Shown: positions 48,634 to 58,417 of the stretch, piece after piece
How positions within the stretch are numbered: the first letter of the stretch is position 1
Layout: each line of letters opens with the position of its first letter
Assembly: GCA_963758495.1 (NCBI GenBank)
Contig: CAVWVI010000003.1
Coordinates: 1 to 64,000, forward strand
Length of the DNA: 64,000 nucleotides
DNA from: Oligoflexia bacterium
GTDB lineage: Bacteria > Bdellovibrionota > UBA1018
Reading direction: 5' to 3'
Position numbers and translations under genes: made by a program
Notes under the pieces: model-generated
Told to the model about the DNA's origin: nothing
Databases searched by the model: none
Seen by the model: only the letters and a program-made list of their open reading frames with translations

Positions 48634-49592
48634 CGGATTCTCTCTTTAAGATAAACAAGGATTGACGTCAAAGCTTGCAAAGCATCGTAATCTGGAGACT
48701 CTAATGACTTAGAAATTTGAGAAAGAATTTGATCTGCGGCCTCAAGTTTAGCCTGAGCTCTTGCCCTCACTCGATCACATGCAGCTAAGAGTTCATGAGG
48801 GGTCCAGGGCCAGACCGGATGTGAAATATCTTGCCCTAAAAGCTTTTGAAGCGGGTCAATTAAACCAGAATTATACTCCAACATCTCTAATGTCACAAAA
48901 TTCACTAAACCTTCACGAATATCTTGGGCAAATGGTTTTTCACCCGATGCATCATAATCGATAATGTCATCAATCATCTGAAATGCAATCCCCAAACATT
49001 CCCCAAATTTTCGAGATGCCTCTAAAATCGAGCTGTCCGCTCGAGCAAGTCGCGCCGGAGCGACACAACACCACGACATTAAACTTGCAGTTTTATTTTT
49101 TGCAACTGTTTCCAAATGGTGTCGATTGACTGTAGAAATTTTTCGAGCTTCAAGCTGTAGCCACTCACCACTCACTAATGCCTCTACAGTCAATGCAAGG
49201 TCATGAATAATTTCTAGTTCTCCTAAAGAGGAAAGCTCCGCCATCACTCGAGCTAAAAGTAAATCTCCCGCTAAAACTGCTCGAGCGTTCGATACTCGTG
49301 CATTTAATGTAGGACGATTGCGTCTCATTTGACTTTCATCAATCACATCATCATGTGCCAATGTGGCCGCATGAACAAACTCCGCAGCCCTTGCGTAAGA
49401 ATGAACTTTTTCAAGAGGAATTTTAAAAAGTCGTGCCATCAAAAAACAAAGTGTCGGTCTAAATTTTTTTCCACGAAACAACACTGTCTTACTCAGAGCT
49501 GCATCAATTTCAGGCACAGAACGGACACTCAGAGTTAAATCGAGTTTTTCCACTGCTTGTACGGTGTCTTTAGGCATCCAATCCAATTGCAT
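48630..49592 (-). CDS. Polyprenyl diphosphate synthase
   Basis: GKKFRP, HDDVID..RR, KTA, FQMIDDIID. Confidence 0.93.
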   Translation of the reverse strand: MQLDWMPKDTVQAVEKLDLTLSVRSVPEIDAALSKTVLFRGKKFRPTLCFLMARLFKIPLEKVHSYARAAEFVHAATLAHDDVIDESQMRRNRPTLNARVSNARAVLAGDLLLARVMAELSSLGELEIIHDLALTVEALVSGEWLQLEARKISTVNRHHLETVAKNKTASLMSWCCVAPARLARADSSILEASRKFGECLGIAFQMIDDIIDYDASGEKPFAQDIREGLVNFVTLEMLEYNSGLIDPLQKLLGQDISHPVWPWTPHELLAACDRVRARAQAKLEAADQILSQISKSLESPDYDALQALTSILVYLKERIR

Positions 49593-49916
49593 AGTTTCAA
49601 TTTACTGAACGGGTTGAGGTTTAATGTATCATGGGCGTCCAGTAGAGTGTGCTGGAAGATACAAATAGGGAGCAACCCTGTCAACAATTCATACAAGTTT
49701 CAGTGATTAAAACAAATTAATTGATATCCAGGCCTTGTGTTTCCTTCAGAAGTCTTGTATTCCCGTGAGCGCTCTTATAGGGCTTTGTTTTTAAAGCTAA
49801 TTCTAGCAGGGCTTGGGCAGTTGTGGGTGTAAGTTATGGGGTGGCAACTGCCCAAGAATCCTATTTTCTATAAAATTTTTAGAAATTTTTTGCTCTTAAT
49901 CATGCATTCTGGATGA

Positions 49917-51221
49917 ATGATTATTAGAAAATACGGATTACTCCCCCTTATTATTTTGAACTTAATCACCTCAATAGAAGCATCGGCTAAAAATCGGATG
50001 AACATGACCGACATGATGGGCCCCAATACTCTTTGGCAAACTCCTCTAGACTGTAGAGAGATGAGTGTTTGGGATGTGGCAATGGGGATGTGTATGCCTC
50101 TGTCGATCGGAGGAATGCCAATGAAAATGCTGATGCTTCATGGTAATATTTTTGGCACTCGGATTTGGCAACAAGGTCTGAGAGGGAGAGATGCCTATGC
50201 ATCCACTAGCATGGTCATGGGCGATCTGGGAACCACTCTCGGTGATCACCATTATTTAAATTTGGATATTATGGCAACCGCAGAAAAGTGGACTCTTCCA
50301 AATTATGGTTATCCATTACTGTTGCAGATTGGCGAACATAACCAACAAGGAACGCCTTATATTGACGCACAACATCCCCATAGCTCTCCAATTATGGGGC
50401 TCACACTTTCAGACACGATTACATGGGGCCAAGAGAAAAATAATTTGAAGATTTTTTTTGCTCCCCGAGGAGAGGCGACTGATGGTCCAGTCGCTTTTAT
50501 GCATCGAAGTACTGGTATGATCAACCCAGATGCCCCATTAGGTCATCATATTGGGCAGGACGTGGGTCATATCACGAGCACGGTCATTGGAGCCTCATTG
50601 AAGCTTGGAGGCACCCACATTGAAGCATCGGCCTATCATGGTGCAGAGCCAGAACCAGATCAAGTTGATCTTCCACTGGGTACTCCTGACTCTATTTCCT
50701 TTCGCCTGACTGAGGAATTTTCACCCAGATGGATGGCTATGGCTTCCATAGCCAGAGTCAATGCCCCTGAGTCTGATCAGCCCAGCGTCCTTTTTGAGAA
50801 TCGTTATTCGGCTTCGATCTACACAACTCAGCCGTTTATAAGTGATTGGACTTTTTACAACTCGTTGATTTACGGCCTGGTCACACAATACGATCAAGCT
50901 TCTTTTTTATCTTCCTTTACCGAAGAATTTTTATTTCGGGGAGACAAACCTAGAATTTGGGGCAGAATCGAAGTCCTTCAGCGAACTTCGGAAGAACTTG
51001 CAATACCTACCCTTTCTAATGCAAACCAAGGACTCTGGGTAGCCGCTCTCACCCTGGGCTATACTCATAAGATTGCTTCATTCAATGGAGTAGAGCTTGG
51101 AATCGGAGGCTCAGCCACTCGGGACCTCCTGCCGGGCCCATTTATTGGAACCTATGGTGGAAACCCTTGGACTGGAAAAGTACTCTTACAGCTGGGCGGA
51201 ATGAAGATGTGGGGATACTAA
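49917..51221 (+). CDS. Exported hypothetical protein, Met/His-rich, probable outer-membrane barrel
   Basis: Signal peptide; Met-rich N-terminus; DAQHPH, AFMHR, APLGHH..D..HI motifs. Confidence 0.7.
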   Translation: MIIRKYGLLPLIILNLITSIEASAKNRMNMTDMMGPNTLWQTPLDCREMSVWDVAMGMCMPLSIGGMPMKMLMLHGNIFGTRIWQQGLRGRDAYASTSMVMGDLGTTLGDHHYLNLDIMATAEKWTLPNYGYPLLLQIGEHNQQGTPYIDAQHPHSSPIMGLTLSDTITWGQEKNNLKIFFAPRGEATDGPVAFMHRSTGMINPDAPLGHHIGQDVGHITSTVIGASLKLGGTHIEASAYHGAEPEPDQVDLPLGTPDSISFRLTEEFSPRWMAMASIARVNAPESDQPSVLFENRYSASIYTTQPFISDWTFYNSLIYGLVTQYDQASFLSSFTEEFLFRGDKPRIWGRIEVLQRTSEELAIPTLSNANQGLWVAALTLGYTHKIASFNGVELGIGGSATRDLLPGPFIGTYGGNPWTGKVLLQLGGMKMWGY

Positions 51222-52409
51222 ATTATTTTTTATTTTCTGGCTCTGCTTTAAATCATCGATTGCGTTGATGATCTCCGATGAATTCATGTCATTTACCTGA
51301 AAGGACTCACCGATCTTTCTAATGAGGGTAATATTCAAAGTGCCCCCCAAATGCTCACGAAATTCTTCTAAACCTTCCAAAATAAGATTGCCTTGAGTTT
51401 CTGAATTCTTTTTGATGAGTAAAGGTTGCCAAAGTTGAAACCCTATCATCTTAAGACAATCGATAATTTCAAAAACCGTCGCTCTAGAAAGCCACCCCAT
51501 TCTTAAAGAATAGAAGAGATCTACAGCCATTCCCGTCGCTACCGAGTGCCCATGACTCAATCGGTATCCAGAGAGTTGCTCTAATTTATGCGCAACCCAA
51601 TGTCCAAAGTCCAGTGGTCTGGCAGATCCTTGCTCAAACGGATCACCGGATGTCGTAATATGCCTGATATGAAGTTCTGCACACTTTTGAATCAAGCATT
51701 TCATGCTCGATAAATCTCGGTTTTTTAATAAAAGAGCATTTTCCTTAATCCAATAAAAAAATTCACTATCTTTAATCAAAGCCACTTTAATTGCTTCAGC
51801 GATTCCGCTGATCCAATTCGTCTGATCGAGGGTTGTAAGAAATTGCGAGTCGTTAATCACTGCATAAGGCGGATAAAAACTCCCTAAAAAGTTTTTTTTA
51901 CCAAACGCATCAATTCCATTTTTAATTCCAATTCCCGCATCATCTTGAGCTAATACAGTCGTAGGAATTCGAATTTGCCTCACTCCCCTATGAACAATGC
52001 TAGCCGCAAAGCAAACTAAATCAATCACGGCCCCTCCACCGACCACCACTACATAGGAATGACGACAGATTTTTGCATCATGAATAGCCTGTACCACGCT
52101 GTCAAAAAGGTCCTTTCTCTGCTTGGCTTCTTCCCCACCAGGAAGCAGAAATGGGGGACGCACAAGTCGAGTGTTTTTTTGATGAAGATAAAAAAATCCT
52201 TGTATCTTATCCTTTAAATGCGGCTGAGACTGACTCAAACTCTCATCCAAAAAAAGAAGAACCCGCGAGTAGGGGGTATTTACATCCTCAGAATGAAGAA
52301 GCTGGATCAGAGCTAAATTATTTGGATCAAAAACATTTTCAGTAAAAATTAAACGATAAGAAAATGTCATAGGAATAGAATAATTTAGCTGAACAGCCGA
52401 TGTCCTCAT
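51186..52409 (-). CDS. eboD: 3-dehydroquinate synthase-like sugar-phosphate cyclase (EboD)
   Basis: GGEEAK, GGGAVID, PTTVLAQDD, KNFLG, RPLDFGHW.AHKLE; ebo context. Confidence 0.85.
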   Translation of the reverse strand: MRTSAVQLNYSIPMTFSYRLIFTENVFDPNNLALIQLLHSEDVNTPYSRVLLFLDESLSQSQPHLKDKIQGFFYLHQKNTRLVRPPFLLPGGEEAKQRKDLFDSVVQAIHDAKICRHSYVVVVGGGAVIDLVCFAASIVHRGVRQIRIPTTVLAQDDAGIGIKNGIDAFGKKNFLGSFYPPYAVINDSQFLTTLDQTNWISGIAEAIKVALIKDSEFFYWIKENALLLKNRDLSSMKCLIQKCAELHIRHITTSGDPFEQGSARPLDFGHWVAHKLEQLSGYRLSHGHSVATGMAVDLFYSLRMGWLSRATVFEIIDCLKMIGFQLWQPLLIKKNSETQGNLILEGLEEFREHLGGTLNITLIRKIGESFQVNDMNSSEIINAIDDLKQSQKIKNNLVSPHLHSAQL

Positions 52410-52423
52410 GTGATCAATCCTTA

Positions 52424-53800
52424 TTATTGAAATAGATGTTGCAATAAAATATTTTTTACATCAGTAGCAGCTAACGACTGAACCTTAGACGAAATCACGT
52501 CTGTTCTTTCTGTTAGAAAAAGTGGCCAATATTCTTCAGATACTTCAGCACGGCCATGAGAACCCTTAACTAAGGAATCATCTAACGGAATGACATCCAT
52601 TAGGTAACGAAATCCCAGTTTTTTGCGAATTAAAGTACGAATGATTTTTATTTTTGGAAACTTAATCTTTGGATCAAGGAAAAGCTCTACCGGATCATAG
52701 CCCGGTTTTTTATGAATTTCAACGGTGCGCGCAAAGTCGGGAGCCTTCTGCTCATCTAACCAATAAGCATAGGAGAACCAACGATCCATCTTTGAAATTA
52801 AAACGAGCTCTCCGCTTCGGTCATGACAAATTCCATAACGGCGCTGTTCTTGTTTATCCAATATTTTTTCAATCCCAGATGTCTCTTCAAGTACTTTTCG
52901 AACGAGCGGGATTTGGCTGGGATCGGAAATATAGACGTGAGCAATTTGGTGATCCGCAACCGCAAAAGCTTGACTGACTCCTGGATCAAGATGATCCTCC
53001 CCACACTCTTCTCTTACCTTGATCCACCCTTTTTCCCGAAGAATTCGGTTGATAGGAACTGAACCCTTGACTTCATTAATACCGTACTCCGACAAAAAAA
53101 CGATTTGAGTTTGATTCGCTTTAAAAAAAGAAATCAACTCCTGGCATACTCGGTCGAGCTTTTCAAGCTCACGACTTACATTGGGGCCATGAGGTCCCTC
53201 TTTTTGAAGACAGTAATCTAAATGAGGGAGATAAATCAGGGTGAGTGTAGGATTATATTTTTCAAAAACACGCTGACTTGCTTTTGCTATCCACTCCGTA
53301 GATCGTATGCTAGCTCCAGGTCCCCAGAACTCAAAGAGCGGAAATGGACCCAGGCTTTCTTGCAAATCATCCCGAATTTCTATCGGTTCTGACGAAATAT
53401 CAGGCAACTTCAATCCATCGGATCGATAAACAGGACGAGGTGTAACTGAATAATCCACTGAAGAATACATATTGTACCACCAAAAAAGATTGGCACATTT
53501 AAAGTGAGGATTCCTCTTCTTCGCTGCATCCCAAAGCTTTTCGCCAGAAACTAGACGATTGGATTGTCTCCATAACCAAATTTGTGAAAGATCATGAAAA
53601 TACCAACCATTCCCTACAACTCCATGTTCACTCGGGGTAAGACCTGTAAGATAGGTGGATTGAGCTGAACAGGTTAATGCTGGAAAGATCGGCTGAATTT
53701 TTTTGAGCGCATTGAGTTTCGCAAACTGAGCTAAAGAAGGAATTCTTGCAAGAAGGTTTGACGACAAACCCACAATATTAATGACAGCAGTTTGATTCAT
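52424..53800 (-). CDS. eboF: Alkaline phosphatase superfamily / nucleotide pyrophosphatase (EboF)
   Basis: FPALTCSAQ, HGVVGNGW, YLPHLDY, ADHQIAHVY, HKKPGYDP, GSHG; ATGA overlap with eboC. Confidence 0.85.
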   Translation of the reverse strand: MNQTAVINIVGLSSNLLARIPSLAQFAKLNALKKIQPIFPALTCSAQSTYLTGLTPSEHGVVGNGWYFHDLSQIWLWRQSNRLVSGEKLWDAAKKRNPHFKCANLFWWYNMYSSVDYSVTPRPVYRSDGLKLPDISSEPIEIRDDLQESLGPFPLFEFWGPGASIRSTEWIAKASQRVFEKYNPTLTLIYLPHLDYCLQKEGPHGPNVSRELEKLDRVCQELISFFKANQTQIVFLSEYGINEVKGSVPINRILREKGWIKVREECGEDHLDPGVSQAFAVADHQIAHVYISDPSQIPLVRKVLEETSGIEKILDKQEQRRYGICHDRSGELVLISKMDRWFSYAYWLDEQKAPDFARTVEIHKKPGYDPVELFLDPKIKFPKIKIIRTLIRKKLGFRYLMDVIPLDDSLVKGSHGRAEVSEEYWPLFLTERTDVISSKVQSLAATDVKNILLQHLFQ

Positions 53801-54684
53801 GTGCTCTGAATACGTTTTTGCCATAATCGAGCTCCTATAAAGCAGATCCACGCAATACCTACTCCAAAAAAGGCATTCACTTTAGCCAAGATTAGAGCAT
53901 CCAATAAACTAATTCCTGACAACATTCGCCCTACAGCAGCCATAGGGTAAATTTTCTTCTGAATCAGTTGAAGTCCAGTTTGAAGTAACCATGAAAGGGC
54001 AATTAAAAATGCTATAATAAGAACAAAATGAGTTTCATGAACTAACTCATGGGTGAGCATCATAGGCAAAAAGACCGTACCTACCGCTACGATAAAAAAA
54101 AGCGGATGAATCCAACTCAGAGAATCCTTGAGCTCATAACGAGCTATAAAAGATACAGCCGAAATATAGAGCATCAGAACTCCAGCCATAATCCAGATCC
54201 ACTCAAAGGGAGCCTTCCAACCTCCTGCAACAGCTGCAATCAGATAAATACTGCCACGACAGCCTCCCATTAATATCGGTGAATAAAGAAAGCGTACATG
54301 AACCCAGTTATAGAGAAGAATGAGACCGGTAAGACTCAAGGCAAGAAAAGTTGCTTTTGGACAAAATAAAATGATGATTAAAATTCCAATAACGAAAAGC
54401 CCAATCGTCATGAGAATGGCTTCCTTTTTTGAAACCCTACCGGATGGAATGGGACGATGAGGCCTTTCTAAACAATCTATTGAATAATCACAAATATCAT
54501 TTAAAAACATTCCTGCTTCATACAAACAAACAATGGCTAATACAGTTATGAGCCAAGTGCCTAAAGATTGGACGAGACTTCCCCCTCCTAGTAAAAACCC
54601 TGCTGTCACGTTACTCACCGTGGTAGGAATATTAGATACCCGCCCTAACTCTAAAATAGCTCTCCATTTATCTCGACTCATCAT
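53797..54684 (-). CDS. eboC: UbiA-family prenyltransferase (EboC)
   Basis: RVSNIPT, LNDICDYSID..ERPHRPIPSG, MGGCRG. Confidence 0.85.
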   Translation of the reverse strand: MMSRDKWRAILELGRVSNIPTTVSNVTAGFLLGGGSLVQSLGTWLITVLAIVCLYEAGMFLNDICDYSIDCLERPHRPIPSGRVSKKEAILMTIGLFVIGILIIILFCPKATFLALSLTGLILLYNWVHVRFLYSPILMGGCRGSIYLIAAVAGGWKAPFEWIWIMAGVLMLYISAVSFIARYELKDSLSWIHPLFFIVAVGTVFLPMMLTHELVHETHFVLIIAFLIALSWLLQTGLQLIQKKIYPMAAVGRMLSGISLLDALILAKVNAFFGVGIAWICFIGARLWQKRIQST

Positions 54685-55903
54685 GGCTTTCTTGAATCAC
54701 TTGATTCAACCAGTTCATTTCCTCAGCAATCCAATCTGAAATTTCCCCTTTTTTTTCATTTTGCGGGAGGGTAGGCCAGGTATAGGTTTCCACTTCCCAA
54801 TGAGAGGTAATCTTACGATGTTTTGCTAACTCAATGAGCTCTTGAATATGGTTTTGAGTAGTCGAAAGAGTATTAAATTTTTTTAAGAAAATAGGAATAT
54901 GATAATGAATTCGATACTCATTTAATAAATTCTTTTGATACTTCCACTTTAAAAGGGCCTCTGAAAGATCTGTAAAAGCTTCTAACTGGTTATCTAAGCC
55001 CATTCCTACAACCTGATGAAGATAACGATCAGAAGATAATTGATTCAAAAGACTCAAAGAAGAAGATTTCTCTCTACCATGTAGTTTATTAGGATAATAA
55101 ACTAGAGCTGAACTAATTTGAACCTTACCCACTTTAATCCCTACCGCTTCATAATTATTTAAAATATCTTGAGGTTTTTCAAAAACTACAGCTGCATGAC
55201 AAGTATCGTAACAAACTCTAATCTTATTTAACAAATGTGTTTCAGCTTCTGATTGACTTAAATTCATCTCCTTTTTAAGTCGATACACGCCTAAAGGAAG
55301 TAAAAAATCTTTAAAAAATAGGACTACGTCTTCGCTTTTTTCTAAGTAACAAAAAGGTTCTGGTTCAAGAGCCAGGTGAACTCGAATATTTTTTTCTTGT
55401 TCTAATCTAATTGATGCTTTTACAAAATCGACTAAATGCGAAGCAGATCTTTTAATTTGATCGTGAGTCAGGCGATCTTCTCTATAACCTATTGGGACTG
55501 TAGATATACTGATTTCAGGTAAATCAAATGCCAAATTTTGAATCAGTTCCAACAAATCCAAAGTGTAATGAAGTCGAGATGGCTCAGACCAATTCGGAAT
55601 ATAAACCTCTGCCTTAACTTGAGTTTGATGAAAATCTGAATAAGGAAAGGCATTCCAAGAAAATACTTGAATTTGTGTCTCCTCACAAACATTCTTCAAT
55701 TTTTCTAAATGACTTCTTTGCTTAAACCCTTGGACGGTTTTTGCAGAAAGCCACAATCCAATTTCAAAATGAATGGATGAGTCGATTTTTTCTTTTACCT
55801 TCAAGCAATCTGTCTTTATGATGCGAATAATGTCTTCTGGAGAAGTACCCGGATGGACATTAGTACAATATCCAAGGATTGCATTTTCACCTAAAATTCT
55901 CAT
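54668..55903 (-). CDS. eboE: Xylose isomerase-like TIM-barrel protein (EboE)
   Basis: YCTNVHP, NAFPY, ISTVP, ALEPEP, CYDTCH, KVQISSA, YLHQ, RIHYHIP, EVETYTW. Confidence 0.9.
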   Translation of the reverse strand: MRILGENAILGYCTNVHPGTSPEDIIRIIKTDCLKVKEKIDSSIHFEIGLWLSAKTVQGFKQRSHLEKLKNVCEETQIQVFSWNAFPYSDFHQTQVKAEVYIPNWSEPSRLHYTLDLLELIQNLAFDLPEISISTVPIGYREDRLTHDQIKRSASHLVDFVKASIRLEQEKNIRVHLALEPEPFCYLEKSEDVVLFFKDFLLPLGVYRLKKEMNLSQSEAETHLLNKIRVCYDTCHAAVVFEKPQDILNNYEAVGIKVGKVQISSALVYYPNKLHGREKSSSLSLLNQLSSDRYLHQVVGMGLDNQLEAFTDLSEALLKWKYQKNLLNEYRIHYHIPIFLKKFNTLSTTQNHIQELIELAKHRKITSHWEVETYTWPTLPQNEKKGEISDWIAEEMNWLNQVIQESHDESR

Positions 55904-56715
55904 AACCTCTCATCTATAAGTATCAGCTTCCCTGATTGGGACATAAACTTCGCTGGATTATGAACTGTTACTTTTTGAATCAAGTGAGAATCATGTTTTC
56001 GTAGCCGCATCTCCAATTGAAGTTTTGGGATAGCCAGGGGATCACTTGGACCCCAATCTCCTCCCGAGTTCACCATGAGTCGCTCACCTTGAAACCGCTC
56101 TATGACATCAACAGCTCGAGGAATACTTATTTTAGAAAAAGGATAGAGCGTCATACCCGCCCAATATCCTTGACTTAATACATCTGAAGCAGTGTGTTCT
56201 TCAATATGATCAATCAGCACTCGATTTGGATCGAGTTCCGATCTGTTTTTAAGTATATTCAAAATAATATGAGTTCCTTTAAGTTTATCTTCTAAATGGG
56301 GAGTGTGGACCATAATGATCTGTTTATAACGAATTGCTAAATCAACTTGCTCTTCAAATATTTGAATTTCATTCCGAGTTACTCTATTCAGGCCTATTTC
56401 TCCAATTCCTAAAACATTAGGAAGCTTTAGAAAATCAGGAATCAGGGCCATCACTTCACGAGATAAGCCTATATTTTCTGATTCCTTAGGATTCATGCAA
56501 ATCCAAGTAAAATGTTGAATCCCATATTGAACCGCTCTCTTAGGTTCAAACTCTGTCAATTGTTTAAAATAATCGCAAAATGCTTGAGGCGAGCCTCGAT
56601 CAAAGCCAGCCCAAAATGCGGGCTCTCCAACAGCGACACACCCCGCTATAGCCATCTTTTCATAATCATCTGTAGTACGTGAAACCATGTGAATATGGGG
56701 ATCGATAAATGTCAT
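55900..56715 (-). CDS. eboB: TatD-family hydrolase (EboB)
   Basis: DPHIHMVSRTTDDY, EPAFW, NPKE, GEIG, HTPH, IDH, DWG.SDPLA. Confidence 0.9.
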   Translation of the reverse strand: MTFIDPHIHMVSRTTDDYEKMAIAGCVAVGEPAFWAGFDRGSPQAFCDYFKQLTEFEPKRAVQYGIQHFTWICMNPKESENIGLSREVMALIPDFLKLPNVLGIGEIGLNRVTRNEIQIFEEQVDLAIRYKQIIMVHTPHLEDKLKGTHIILNILKNRSELDPNRVLIDHIEEHTASDVLSQGYWAGMTLYPFSKISIPRAVDVIERFQGERLMVNSGGDWGPSDPLAIPKLQLEMRLRKHDSHLIQKVTVHNPAKFMSQSGKLILIDERL

Positions 56716-56724
56716 TTCAATCTC

Positions 56725-57045
56725 CTAGCAACATTCCATTTTTTTTATTACAGATGCGCCCAGAGCACTTTTATGCTCGCCTACACTCTCTTTAGGATCT
56801 ACCGTGAGGTCACTCAGTATCCTCTGAACTTCCTCGACTCGATTACTTTTAAAACTTAAAAGGACTCCAATAGCCTCCCTCAAAGCAACTAATCGAAAAT
56901 CTTCCTCTACTAATTCTGGATTCTTGGATCTCTCAATTCGGTCCAAATACGCGGCAAGATCAATCAGTCGTGATCTATTTTCAATAAAATAACGCTGTAG
57001 AGTTTGCTCAGAAGTCATCGGGCAATTATTTTGAGTGGATTCCAT
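56725..57045 (-). CDS. Small helical hypothetical protein, first gene of ebo operon
   Basis: YFIENRSRLIDLAAYLDRIER...D.R...ILSD; SD GAGGA upstream. Confidence 0.75.
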   Translation of the reverse strand: MESTQNNCPMTSEQTLQRYFIENRSRLIDLAAYLDRIERSKNPELVEEDFRLVALREAIGVLLSFKSNRVEEVQRILSDLTVDPKESVGEHKSALGASVIKKMECC

Positions 57046-57140
57046 GAAAAGTACTTCCTCTCAGTAAAGGATTGAATGAATTGGAATCATAATGTGATAG
57101 ATTTAGACTTTCAAATATAATTTCAGGAATACCATAAAAA

Positions 57141-57214
57141 GTAAGCACTGCAAGGAGTCCTATTGCGCCGGGAATCTAAATCTTTATGGCGCAGCAGGAC
57201 TCCTTGCAGTGCTT
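57141..57214. repeat. Long palindrome (REP-like)
   Basis: 19-bp perfect stem AAGCACTGCAAGGAGTCCT (57143-57161 / 57196-57214) plus inner TGCGCC/GGCGCA. Confidence 0.8.
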
Positions 57215-57264
57215 GTCAACAGCCCTAAAAGAACTACTTACCATTAAAAGCGGTGATTACTTTC

Positions 57265-58254
57265 CTATTTGAATGCATTACATCCATAATTCGTTAAAGT
57301 TACCGTCACTATCGCAAGTGTATTCTCTTGTGTCAGAGGCAGCCCCCCAGACACGTCTTGCAGATAAAACGTAGACCCATCACCCACCCACTTCCCTGTA
57401 GTCAAAGATCCGTCTCCTGTAGCTCCAGCCACGAGTAAATCCCCATTCGGAGCATTGATGTGAACCTCCACCGCAGTAGTGCCTGATGAAGTCCAATTCA
57501 ATGTAGTGCTACCCGCTCCGGAACCATCACAAACAAGTGCGGGATTGGGGGTCGCTGCGATCTTTCCGGTTCGAGTACTTTGGACTGGCTTAAAAATCGC
57601 TGTATACGTTTTATGATTAACACTTGTCGTAATATCATGAGTCTGAGTCGCGCCATCTGCCCATGAGCTAAACTCATAAGAAACTCCATTCAAAGTTTGC
57701 GGAGAAGCTACGCCCAAACTTCGAACAAAACCCACCACCCCTTGCGCACAATTGGGTGTACTCACCGTCTGTCCATCTAAAGTAACAGTTAGCCCTGAAG
57801 GACTCGTATTGAAGGTCAAAAGAGACGTATTAGGATAGATATCACGAACGACTTGAGTCTTCAGCCCCGAAGAACTCGTCACGGTCAATGTAATCTCGTA
57901 CCAAGTATTATTCGAAGACTCACCCTGAGTAGGAATAGTAAAAAAACCAGCTGTTTTACCACTTGTTGGGGTAATAAAGGGAAGAACTTGAGTATTATAG
58001 TGAAAATCTACCTGCCAAGTGTAGGCAGAAGGAAGTAGCCCGACTCCCGTAGAATCAGTGGCCGTAGCACCATAATAAACGACATCTCCAGCATTATAGT
58101 GCGTGTTCACAGCTGGATAATCTATAGTGGCCACCGGAGGTGCGTCATTCGCAAAACCCTTTAATGGAAGTGCAATCGATAGCCAGACAAATACTGAAGC
58201 AATAAACTCATATTTCCGAGTATATTTAAATGAGTTAACTTTTGATCTTAGCAT
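57265..58254 (-). CDS. Secreted protein with PKD/Ig-like beta domains
   Basis: Signal peptide; PVATIDYP, ATATD, YTWQV, YEITLTVT, YEFSSWADG; Thr/Ser/Gly-rich. Confidence 0.7.
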   Translation of the reverse strand: MLRSKVNSFKYTRKYEFIASVFVWLSIALPLKGFANDAPPVATIDYPAVNTHYNAGDVVYYGATATDSTGVGLLPSAYTWQVDFHYNTQVLPFITPTSGKTAGFFTIPTQGESSNNTWYEITLTVTSSSGLKTQVVRDIYPNTSLLTFNTSPSGLTVTLDGQTVSTPNCAQGVVGFVRSLGVASPQTLNGVSYEFSSWADGATQTHDITTSVNHKTYTAIFKPVQSTRTGKIAATPNPALVCDGSGAGSTTLNWTSSGTTAVEVHINAPNGDLLVAGATGDGSLTTGKWVGDGSTFYLQDVSGGLPLTQENTLAIVTVTLTNYGCNAFK

Positions 58255-58417
58255 TTTTTTCTCCTAACTATTTATATAAATATCTTATTGTACGATAAAA
58301 TATTTAGTTAAGTAATATTTTAATTATTAATAACCGATGAAATCAATGCGAAAAAAATCTAATATAGTTTTAACTAGTCAATAAACATTTATTTTAAATC
58401 ATGAGATAGTCGCTCGT

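Noticed and set aside
51186..52409. Calling this gene aroB
   Set aside because: It sits in the ebo operon and has the EboD-type RPLDFGHW motif; a housekeeping AroB role is not supported.
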